A stretch of 64,000 nt of DNA, from NCBI RefSeq assembly GCF_016432865.1, contig NC_067398.1, positions 3,038,001 to 3,102,000 on the forward strand, read 5' to 3'. Of this stretch, positions 38,601-48,290 are shown piece after piece. How positions within the stretch are numbered: the first letter of the stretch is position 1; each line of letters starts with the position of its first letter. Made by a program: the position numbers and the translations under genes. The notes below the pieces were generated by a model. That model saw only the letters and a program-made list of their open reading frames with translations. It was not told the DNA's origin and made no database searches. Origin of the DNA: Antechinus flavipes. Its lineage: Eukaryota.

Positions 38601-38609
38601 ACCTCCAAT

Positions 38610-39130
38610 GAGGGAAAAAACCATTAACTTCCAAGGGAGTCCCTTCTACTTTTAGACAACTCTGTTAGGAAAGTTTCTCTGAATTCAAGCCTAAAATTGT
38701 CTTTTTTAAACCTCCCTCCACTTCTCCCACTGGCTGTGCCTCCTCGCGCCAGAGAAGTAATCCAATCCCTCTTTAACAGCAAAGTCCTTCAAATACTTGA
38801 AAACCACTATCGTGGACCCCTCCCCGCTTCCTGTGTGCCCTACCTCCTCCTTCCCTTTCCATGGCTAAAAATCTTCAGTTCTTTCAAGCATATGATATAG
38901 ACTCAGTGCCCTTCCCCATGCTGACCGCCCTCCTCGTGAGGCTTCTAACTCATCAAAATCTTTCTTAAACTCTGGTGCCCAGAGCTGGACACGACGCTTC
39001 ATCGTGTGGTCGGGCCCAAGCAGAGATCCAGAGGCACTCATTTCTGAAAGCTCTGCCCCTCGAGTTTCCACCAGCCTTCTCAGTTGCCAGATCATACTGC
39101 TGAGCACTAGCCCAGCAGCCATCCAACCAA
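38610..39130 (-). mobile_element. L3/CR1 LINE reverse-transcriptase 3' relic
   Basis: The minus-strand translation VQLWAPEFKKDFDELEASRGGRSAWGRAL resembles the CR1/L3 motif VQFWAPxFxKDIDKLERVQRRATRMVRGL. Confidence 0.75.
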
Positions 39131-39557
39131 GCCTTGCTCATCTTGCCAGACATACATTCAGTTTATTAATGAGGGTATTATACAGACATAAAAACAAAAT
39201 AAGATTTTACTAATTTCAATTTAATTGAAGAAGAATTGGGGGAAATACAAGTCTCAGTCGGTCTCACTTTATCAAATGTTATCACTCGTCTCCTAGGGCT
39301 GAAATATCCCCATCGATTCTTACAACAGCCCTGGGAGAAAGGCACTACCAGTAAGAAGGAAACAAGCTAAGAACAGGAAAGTGACTATTTAAGGCCACAC
39401 AGCTCCCAAGAGTCTGAGGCTGGGCTTGAACCCAGGTCTCCTTAACACCAATCAGAATAGTGGAAAAAATATATATTCCATCATACATGTGTACATTCAG
39501 CCTCTAAGCAGTGCCATTCATGCCCTCTAGTTCTCTGTGATTCTTTTCCAAGTCTTT

Positions 39558-40085
39558 CCAGAGATCATACACAGAGAACCTATCAAACATGGTGGGAGCC
39601 CAGAGATGTTCATAGGGAAGCTCCCCAATATAACAGGAGCTCAGAGATTGTACAGAGAGAAGCTCCCCAACATGGCGGGAGCTCAGAGATTGTACAGAGA
39701 GAAGCTCCCCACCATGGCGGGAGCCCAGAGAGTGTACAGAGAGAAGCTCCCCAACGTGGCGGGAGCCCAGAGATTGTACAGAGAGAGCTCCCCACCATGG
39801 CGGGAGCCCAGAGATTGTACAGAGAGAGCTCCCCACCGTGGCGGGAGCCCAGAGAGTGTACAGAGAGAAGCTCCCCAACGTGGCGGGAGCCCAGAGATTA
39901 TACAGAGAGAAGCTCCCCAACATGGCGGGAGCCCAGAGATGGTACAGAGAGAAGCTCCCCACCGTGGCGAGAGCCCAGAGATGATACAGAGAGAAGCTCC
40001 CACCGTGGCGGGAGCCCAGAGATGGTACAGAGAAAAGCTCCCAAAGTGGTGGGAGCCCAGTGATAGTATGCAGAGGGAACCTCAC
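39558..40085. repeat. 41-42-bp minisatellite, about 12.5 copies
   Basis: Consensus ccagagattgtacagagagaagctccccaacatggcgggagc. Units start at 39558, 39600, 39641, 39683, 39725, 39767, 39808, 39849, 39891, 39933, 39975, 40016 and 40057. Confidence 0.95.
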
Positions 40086-40329
40086 CTAGGTGTAAAAATA
40101 CTTTGCTAGACAAGACTTTGGCTGTTCATCCTCATTCTCTCTCCATCTTGACTTCCATCAGAGTCTGGCATGGTAACCATGCTTACCAAGAGGGCAGATG
40201 GTAGCGGGCTACAAGAGACAACAACTCTAGTGGATGATAATCAGGATCTGAAAACGCTAGTCTCAAAACCAAAAGAGAATGGAGAAAATAAGTCCTATAA
40301 CATAATCAAAGATGAAGTTACAAACATAA

Positions 40330-41150
40330 TTAGCAGTTATATTCTAAAAATAATCACCCAAAATAATCCTATTTATAGAAACACCAAAAAAAAAAAAAAA
40401 AAATCTGGGAATTAACTAAGACATCCCGTGCAGTGTGTGTGAGAGAAAATTGCAAGACATCATTGAGAGAAACAAAGATCCCCCATCCTGCACCGGTGGC
40501 CAGCCCAATCACTGATCATAACACCCTTTTCTGCCAAAATCCCTTTTCTGATGTCGTTTATCATCCAAAGACAAATACAAATGGATTCCTTCTATTTGTA
40601 TAAAACGTATATGGGGAAACTGAGCGAGAACACAAAGGTCATGTAAAAGCCACAGCTAGTGCACATGCCTGTGGCCACACACGAATGAGTGAGCGGCTTT
40701 CCTCAGTCTGACTGTGCACACACACGTGTTTCTCATGACAACAAGCTGCTTCTGGTATAAAACAGAAGCCGTGCCGCCCCCGCGCCACTCTCTGGCAAAG
40801 ATCCGAACGACGCCTCGCCAAAGCCGTAAGCTGGAGGAGTAAACACAGGAAGGAGCAGACAAAACGCAGGGAATCAGAAATGGCCAAAGCGGGGCGCCTG
40901 GAAGGGAGGCTGGTGTCGGGGCACCCCACGGGCCCGGGGAAGAGGCCGGTCCTTACCCTGAGGAACGGTGAACCGGTGAGAGCACGTGGCCCCGGAACAG
41001 TTCTGGTGCCCTGTTATGGGCCAGAACTTGAAACAAGGTGCTAAGTAAGTGGAATGGAGGAGACCATGGTTAAATCTGGTTTAGCATTGATTTACTCCTA
41101 CAACAAATAATGGTTTCCTAGTGATAGAATGATTGACGTATACTCAGTGT
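40330..41150 (+). mobile_element. highly degraded LINE-1 ORF2 relic
   Basis: Blocks resemble L1 RT-downstream motifs: ctgggaattaactaagac (LGINLTK-like), gaaaattgcaagaca (ENYKT-like), and caacaagctgcttctggtataaaacaga. Confidence 0.45.
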
Positions 41151-41499
41151 GGAGCATATAAGGAGGAGCTCTCAGGGCCAGGAGGGACAGACGCTTTCTG
41201 AGGCTGAGACAGATTCATTCCATCTTCCACTTTTGTTGTGGCTGGAGGCTCAAGCACAAACCTTTGGAAGCTGGAGAGATTCACAAGCCAGAGAAAGCAG
41301 GCGGGCAGAGCTAAGGAACACAGAGAAGTGGTGGCAGGCTGTCCTGGGGAAGAACACTGAAACCAAGATCCGGAAGCCTCCAGAAAACTAGCCGAGCCCC
41401 AAGTGAAGGAGACGAGAATTTGAAGGAGACAATAAAGGATTTGGACTTTAACACCTGGCTGTGTTTGAGGTGATTATTGAACTGAAAAGAAACCTGCTC

Positions 41500-41949
41500 G
41501 AACAATACTCTATGAGGACCAATTCTAATCGATGTGGCCATCTCCAGCAATGAGATGAACCAAATCAGTTCCAATGGAGCAGGAATGAACTGAACCAGCT
41601 ACACTCAGCGAAAGAACTCTGGGAGATGACTAGGAACCATCACATAGAATTCCCAATCCCTATGTTTTTGCCCGCCTGCATTGTTGATTTCCTTCCCAGG
41701 CTAATTGGACACTATTTCAGAGTCCGATTCTTTTTGTGCAGCAAAATAACTGTTTGGACATGTATGCATACATATGTCATATTTAACTTATACTTTAACA
41801 TATTTAACATGTATGGATCTACCTGCCATCTGGGGGAGGGGGTGGGGGGAAGGAGGAGAAAAATTGGAACAAAAGGTTTTGCAATTGTCAATGCTGAAAA
41901 ATTAATCTTGCATAGAACTTGTAAATAAAAAGCATTTAAAAAAAGAAAA
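41500..41949 (+). mobile_element. 5'-truncated LINE-1 3' UTR with A-rich tail and a perfect 16-bp TSD
   Basis: GAAAAGAAACCTGCTC at both 41484-41499 and 41950-41965. The interior aatgagatgaaccaaatcagttccaat...ctgccatctgggggagg...aataaaaag is a dasyurid-type L1 tail as I recall it. Confidence 0.85.
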
Positions 41950-41988
41950 GAAAAGAAACCTGCTCCTAGCAAACATTACATTTTAGAG

Positions 41989-42186
41989 AAGAATATTACA
42001 GTGCCCCAGCATCTCAATCCATGTATCTCAATCCATGTATCACAATGAGTTCAAAACTGAATCACATAAGAATTAAAAACCAACCAAGAAAAAAGAATAT
42101 TACAGTGCCCCAGCATCTCAATCCGTGTATCGCAGTAAGTTCAAAACAGGGAATCACATAAGAATTAAAAACCAACCAAGAAAAAA
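41989..42186. repeat. two-copy tandem duplication of about 100 bp
   Basis: aagaatattacagtgccccagcatctcaatcc...gaatcacataagaattaaaaaccaaccaagaaaaa occurs twice (starts 41989 and 42093). Copy 1 has an extra internal atctcaatccatgt. Confidence 0.9.
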
Positions 42187-42761
42187 TTAAACTCTATGAT
42201 CTGCATTCCTCTTTGGTGACTGGTCAACAGACAGATGGAAATTCAGGAGGCCACCAGGGAGAATCTGTCCGTCACGCCTGATCTGTGGCACCGGCAAAGC
42301 CACACACCTGGCAAAAATCTGACCGTCGGCGAGCCAGACCTGGTAATACTGGCCCCGGTTTCATTCCAAGGAAATTCTCCAGAAGAGAGGGCAGAGAAAA
42401 CAAAGGAAGGACAGGGATTCGTCAACGGCCTTGCGAAGCCTGACGGGGGAAGGGGAATCCAACCCTCTCGTGCCCGCGGCGGCCCTGGCACAGAGCGCCT
42501 CACACGGGCACGAGTCCGGAGCTGGGAGACTGTGGAGAAAGGGGGCCGAACCGCCAGGAGCCTGAAGCCCGGAAGAAGAACTTCTCACTCTCATACAAAG
42601 AACTAATCTCCTCTAGCAAGGCTGGTGTCCTCTGATATCTACACTTGGGAAAGTCCTCCAAACTCCCAAAGCCCAGGGGTGGGGAGGGCCGCCGAACATC
42701 CCGGAACGTTCTCATAACACGAGCATAACAGGCAGGCGGACGACAAATGAGAGGACCTTAC

Positions 42762-42858
42762 CTTGAAGTACTGAAATGTCCGCTTCCGGTATTCACACCA
42801 CTCCAGGAAAAAGTGAAGACTTCTGAAAAACTGGAAAAGGTCCCGCTTCTCTTCTGTC
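42762..42858 (-). CDS. CENPP: centromere protein P coding exon 5 (remaining exons lie outside the window)
   Basis: ctacAG|G ACA GAA...TTC AAG|GTAAGG, 97 nt. Encodes TEEKRDLFQFFRSLHFFLEWCEYRKRTFQYFK, similar to recalled human AEERKDLFMFFRSLHFFVEWFEYRKRTFKHLK. Confidence 0.95.
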
Positions 42859-43059
42859 CTGTAGAAATAAAATCTCTTATGAGCAAGGCTCAGGAATCGC
42901 AATAACCAAGAAAACAATATATGCGACGACTAGAAAAGTATAAAAGGAAAAAAAAACTAAATAAATGAAACCAAAAGCGATGGAATGATTGTACCAAAGT
43001 CTGGCCCCAGAACGGGCTCCAAGACAGCGCCAATGGCACATGGCACAGTCAGGCAGTCT

Positions 43060-43480
43060 ACTGCGAACATCTGGGAAGTGCCTACTCTGTACTGGGCCCT
43101 CTGTATACGCTGGGAATTTGTAAAAAGAGGCAAAAGACAGTGTATATGCTTTATATGCAGGACAAAAAGGAAATACTTAATAGGAGGGAGGCACTGGAAC
43201 TAAGGGTAGGGAGGAGGCTTCCTATGGGAGGTGGGACTTTTGCTGGGATCCAAATGTCAGAGAGGTGGGTCAGTGGTCCCAGCAGAGGGAGAGCACCCAA
43301 GCAGGGCAGTCGGACAGAGAAAATGTCCAATGAAGAGAGGAAGCCTCTTGTTCATGGAGCAGCTAGGAGGCTGGAGACCCCAGACCAAAGACTTGTGTTG
43401 GGGAGTGGGATGGATGAATCCTGGAAAGGCAGGAAGGGCCCTGAAGGCCAATCGGAGCCTTCTGTATCTGAAGGCCAAGG
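43060..43480 (-). mobile_element. L2 3' region relic
   Basis: aagtgcctactctgtactgggc...gctggga...ggcaaaagacagt is the reverse complement of the L2 3' terminus. Isolated L2 tails (cacagtaggcacttaataaatgc type) also occur near 995, 5300, 7750, 32030, 47105 and 49085. Confidence 0.55.
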
Positions 43481-45930
43481 GACCTCCTGAAGTTTAACAT
43501 GGGAGGGAGAGTACAGCCAGACGTGCACTTTAGGAAAATCCCTTTGTGGAACACGGATGGGGATGGGAGGCGAGGGGGGGGGACCGGAGACCCAGGGCTA
43601 CTGCAAGAGTCTAGGTGGGAGGTGCTCAGGGCCTGCCGCGGGGTGGGAGGGGCCAGGGAGAGCTCTGCGCTGTACAGTGTGCAACTTCCTCAGTGTGGGG
43701 GTTAGTTTTGCTAACGTAGTTTTTCTCTTTTTTAAAAAACATCCTTTGTGATAAGAACTGGTCCTGCAGAGGGGATACTCGGAGCATTGTAGGAGGCAGG
43801 AAGAGAAGGCCAGCAGGAAAAAAGTTATTGCTAAAGAGAAATAAGGTGGAGGAAAAGAAATAAGTATCGATAAACAATGGAAAGCGTAGCTTCTTCTAGG
43901 TGCGTTCCCACTAAGGGCAGACCAAAGGGAAGAGCCGGGATGCTGACCTCGGGGGGCACCGCCTGGGGTTGGAGAGGGGAGGAAACTAATTACCCAAAGG
44001 CCTAGAGCACAAAGCAGGAGGGGCAGATCAGAGACTAAATGCTGGGGAGCAAGGGAAAAAGGGTCATTTGTCCCAATGGGCTTTGGAGAAAAAATGACAG
44101 AGAAAGTCACATCTAAGCTGGCTTTGGAACATCCAGAACCCCAAGGTGGGGATTTTGCAAACGTGTACAGAGAGAAGGATGGAGACAGGGGGCTAGAGCT
44201 CGATCCACATGGGCAGCCTGGGGGAGGGCCGGGGGCACATTAGCTTAGTCGGGGGCAGTGTCATGGCAAGACACGGAGAGCGCGTCCGGGGGGATCCATG
44301 GCAGGGGGACCCACAGACGTGCGACTGCTACAACGAGGAACTGGCTACAGCTGCCCCCGGCACCCGCTCTTCTCGTAAGCACCACAGAGACAAGACCGGG
44401 GGTGTCGAAGCAGGGGAGGCAGTGCCCCCAAGGATCCGAGTTACGGGAATCAGAGCTAGGGCTGAGAAAGCCAAAGTCTACGTCTCGGTCTGGAACGGAA
44501 GGCCTGAGCTCAAACCCCTCGGCGGGCCCTCTAGGCTGGTGATGCAGGGCAGGCATCTGCCTCACTTTGCTTATCTGTAAAATGAGCAAATAGCACCTAT
44601 GTGCCGGGCTTGCTGGGAGGAGAACATGAGATATAACTTGTAAAGGGCTTTGCAAGCCTTTGTAAGATGCTGGCTGAGAACTACAGTGCTAGAGCCAGGC
44701 TCCATCAGCCATTCAGATGCCAGCAAGCTTGTGTCCACGACTACCCCTCAGAGCCCCGGCCCATCCCAGGAGCCCCTCTTCTTGGGATGGACTCTCCTCT
44801 CAAGGGTCCTTGAAGGGCTCTGCTTTGGGATCTGGATCCCTAGCTCTGGGCAAGAGGCCGGTTCAAGTTTCTGCACTACATGATCTGGTCGTTCTCTGCT
44901 AAAGGGAAAAAGAACAAGCCTTTATGACCTGGGGCGTCGGGAGCCATGTTTCCAGAGTCCAAGCCTAATGGAAGCCAGCTGTTCCTGACTTCTGCCTGTG
45001 AACCGCTGGCGCTGCTGCAGCCTCCAGCCTTAACCGCAGCAGTTAAAAGCTAGAAAGGAGGATTGGGACCCAGGCGGGGCTGGGAAAGCAGATGGAAGGC
45101 TGTGCTCGAGCGGCCGGGGCGGGATCGACCTCGGCCGAAAGGTCACTTCACCAAGTGTCCACACGCGAAAGCGCACGGGACGGGAGCCTGTCCTGGAGTG
45201 CAAGTGAGCGCGGTCAGCAGGAGGCACGTGTTGCTGGCAGTTGTCGGACGTCAGAATTCTGTGGGGAACGTGGGCTCCGAGGGGCCCGGCCTCATCCAGG
45301 GCCGGGCCAGGGTCCCTTGTCAGACGCCACAGGCCCCTCCAGGAGGCTCCCCCGTAGATGTTCAAAATCTCAGACTCAATCTTGCCCTGAGTGCCCGGCG
45401 CAGAGTCGGCGCTTAATTAAGGTTCACTGATTGATCTCCTCCTGTCTCTGACAGCAGGTCCGCACGGAGCCGGGTCTCCAAGCATCTCAGCCCCCTCCCT
45501 GCCGGCTAACTCACGGCTCGGCGCCTGGAGCCCGGCCACCATCAGCACCAAACAGACGAATGCAGGACGGGACAACGAGACCCCAGAAGACGGACTGAGC
45601 CAAGAGGCCTCTAGCCCTCAGTGCTGAGCCCTCGAGGGTCCCCTAGTTCTCTCATCAGCACATCCAGGTCCCCGGGGGAGGGCAGAAAGGGGGAGGGGGG
45701 GCAGACCTCTCAGGGGTCCCCACCACCAGTCGGAACCTCACAACAACCTCTGCCCAGAGGAATGCAAGTTTGGGGGGCTGGGCCCTTGCAAGGCACCTTG
45801 GGGCTTATGGGTAAGAGCCCTTCCTGAAGGACCAATTGTTCTGGCTCTCGTTACTTAACCAGAAACAGGTTCCAAGCCAAGCCCCAGCTGGGAATGTCAA
45901 TAGCCAGAAATCCTGAGGATTTTTCCTCCC

Positions 45931-46078
45931 AAGAGACAGAGACTCACAGAGAGACAAAGAGAGACAGACAGGGAGACAGGGAGACAGAGAGACAGAGAGA
46001 GACAGAGAGAGAAAGAGACAGAGAGAGAGAGAGAGAGACAGAGACAAGAGACAGAGATACACAGAGAGACAAAGAGAC
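45931..46078. repeat. (GA)/(GACA)-rich microsatellite running into an assembly gap
   Basis: agagacagagactcacagagagacaaagagagacag... continues up to the first N. Confidence 0.9.
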
Positions 46079-46356
46079 NNNNNNNNNNNNNNNNNNNNNN
46101 NNNNNNNNNNNNNNNNNNNNNNNNNNNNNNNNNNNNNNNNNNNNNNNNNNNNNNNNNNNNNNNNNNNNNNNNNNNNNNNNNNNNNNNNNNNNNNNNNNNN
46201 NNNNNNNNNNNNNNNNNNNNNNNNNNNNNNNNNNNNNNNNNNNNNNNNNNNNNNNNNNNNNNNNNNNNNNNNNNNNNNNNNNNNNNNNNNNNNNNNNNNN
46301 NNNNNNNNNNNNNNNNNNNNNNNNNNNNNNNNNNNNNNNNNNNNNNNNNNNNNNNN
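46079..46356. other. assembly gap (278 N)
   Basis: Run of n characters. Confidence 0.99.
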
Positions 46357-47967
46357 ATCCTCCACCTCATTTCTTACCTGCCTTAATCCCTGATCAGGCC
46401 CCTCAGACAAACAGGGACCTGCTTCCTAAAGCCAGGGTCTCCTCCCCATCCAGGGCCATCTGCATCGTCCAGCTCTCTGTCTGGCTCTGGAGGAGGCAGG
46501 GAGGCCGGTGACCTTGCCCAGTCCTGCCCTCCCTCTGTCCCGGTACCACGGCCCTCCTTGCCAACGAAGAACAAACAAGGAGCAAATGGGAGGCTAGGGC
46601 TGACTGTTATTCCCATTTTACAGAAGAGGAAACTGAGGCAAGCAGGGATAAGTGATTTCTTCCAGGGCACATGGCTCATCGGTGCCGAAGCCAGATTTGG
46701 CGGCAGTTCCTGTCCCTAATTCCGCAGAGAGGAGAAGGTTAAAGGGCACCTCTGCCGGCCGATAAAGAGCCGCCCCCACAGCGCCCTGGGCTGTCCGGCC
46801 CGGCTGACAGGGAGGTGGGCAGGTCCTTCTCCCAAGCCAGTGTGGCCCTCCTTCCCTCCTTCCGAACCCCTCCCCGGGCCTCCCCACCCCTGGACCCTGC
46901 ACTGACATAAAGGGTCGCAGGGGCCTGGGCCACAAAGGCATCTCCGTAAGGGCCCCCAGAGACATCACAGGGACTGTGGGGCCAGGGGCGGGTGAGAGCA
47001 GAGGGCAGGGCAGGGTCTGTGGCGGACGGACGGCGCTCAGAAGGGCCGTGTCCCCCGGGGGGTGGCCACGGAGAGGCCCCTCTCAGCACACACCAGGACA
47101 CGTGGCACACAGTAGGCACTTAATAAATGCTCGCTGCTCAGCTGGCCTCCATTTGCTTTTCTATCTCTATAAAGGCCTTAATCTCAGGCTCCCTTCCTCT
47201 CAGGCCTGTGAGGGATGTCGCCTCGGCTCCTCATTGGAGCTCCAAGCCGTCCATCACAAGGGAAGGCAAATTAAAACAGCCCCGAGGTCCCCATGCTACA
47301 GACTGGCAAAGATGCCGGAGCATGGCGACTGTCAGTGTTGGGGAGGCTGTGGAAGAAGGGTCCCAGTGCACTGTGGGAGCAGCTGCCAATCAGCACAAAT
47401 GACCCGGAAGCAGTTTGGGAGGGTGCGAACAAAGTCCTCCAAGGCCACTGACAAGAATCACGCGCCCTGAGCCCAGGCACCGCAGCAGCACCTTAGTGAT
47501 GGTCAAAAGCTGGACGCAGAGATGCCCCCGAGCGTGGCCCGAGAGGGGAGGGAACAGCGCGGGGCCGAGGGGAAGGGCAGTGATGGACACCGAGGGGCTG
47601 GGAAGGAGCCGGGCAGGACCGCCCGATACCGCACAGCCAAGGGGGCGGGGGCGGCCCCCACACGTTGCCCCTCCACCGGCCAGCCCGACCTCTCTGTCTT
47701 CGAGGGAAGGCCCTCGGGGAGGGCCGGAGGGAGGCCACCGGGGGAGCGCCAACGATGAAAAAAAAACCATCCACGGAAACGGGAAAAAGAAAGAAAATCT
47801 CTGCTCTAAAGGATGGTCTTGGAGAGGAGGGCGGGGACGAGATATGGGGCAAGGGCGGGGGCCAAAGGGCCGACACAAGTCGCTTAAAAGCGCCTCCATC
47901 TACCTCACCTTGCAGTCAAAGAAAGGGACAGGGCTCCCCCAGGAGCTAGCCCGGGTCAGGGTCTTAC

Positions 47968-48056
47968 CGGGCCACGAAGCGGCTCAGCTCGCCGTACTCC
48001 ATGGGCTCCAGGATAATGCTCAGCTCGGTGATGGCGGCCGAGAGGTTCTCTTCATC
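47968..48056 (-). CDS. CENPP: centromere protein P coding exon 4
   Basis: ctttAG|GAT GAA...GCC CG|GTAAGA, 89 nt. Encodes DEENLSAAITELSIILEPMEYGELSRFVAR (human NKERLSSAVTDLNIIMEPTECSELSEFVSR). Not in the ORF track because it is too short. Confidence 0.93.
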
Positions 48057-48111
48057 CTAAAGCAGAGAAGCCGTGCAAAGACCCTTTAACTGAACGCGGG
48101 ACCCGTTGGCA

Positions 48112-48290
48112 AGATCCCCAGCCCTCTCCCCCCCGAGCAGGATCCCCAGCAGGATCCTCAGCTCTCTCCCCCCCCAGCAGGATCCCCAGCCCTCTCCCCC
48201 CCAGCAGGATCCCCGGCCTTCCCCTCCCTGCAGGATCCCCAGCCCCCTCTCCCCCAGCAGGATCCCCAGCACTCCCCCCACCCCAGCAGA
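48112..48290. repeat. imperfect repeat of about 26 bp (caggatccccagccctctcccccc)
   Basis: ggatcc recurs about 7 times, separated by C-rich spacers. Confidence 0.8.

Noticed and set aside
39504-40109. About 190-aa repetitive ORFs on both strands
   Set aside because: They come from the 42-bp minisatellite period, and the 41-bp units switch frames. No splice or domain support.
45805-46511. ORFs of 157-205 aa
   Set aside because: They span the N gap and a GA microsatellite. The gap is unlikely to hide a CENPP coding exon, because exons 4 and 5 already join in frame.
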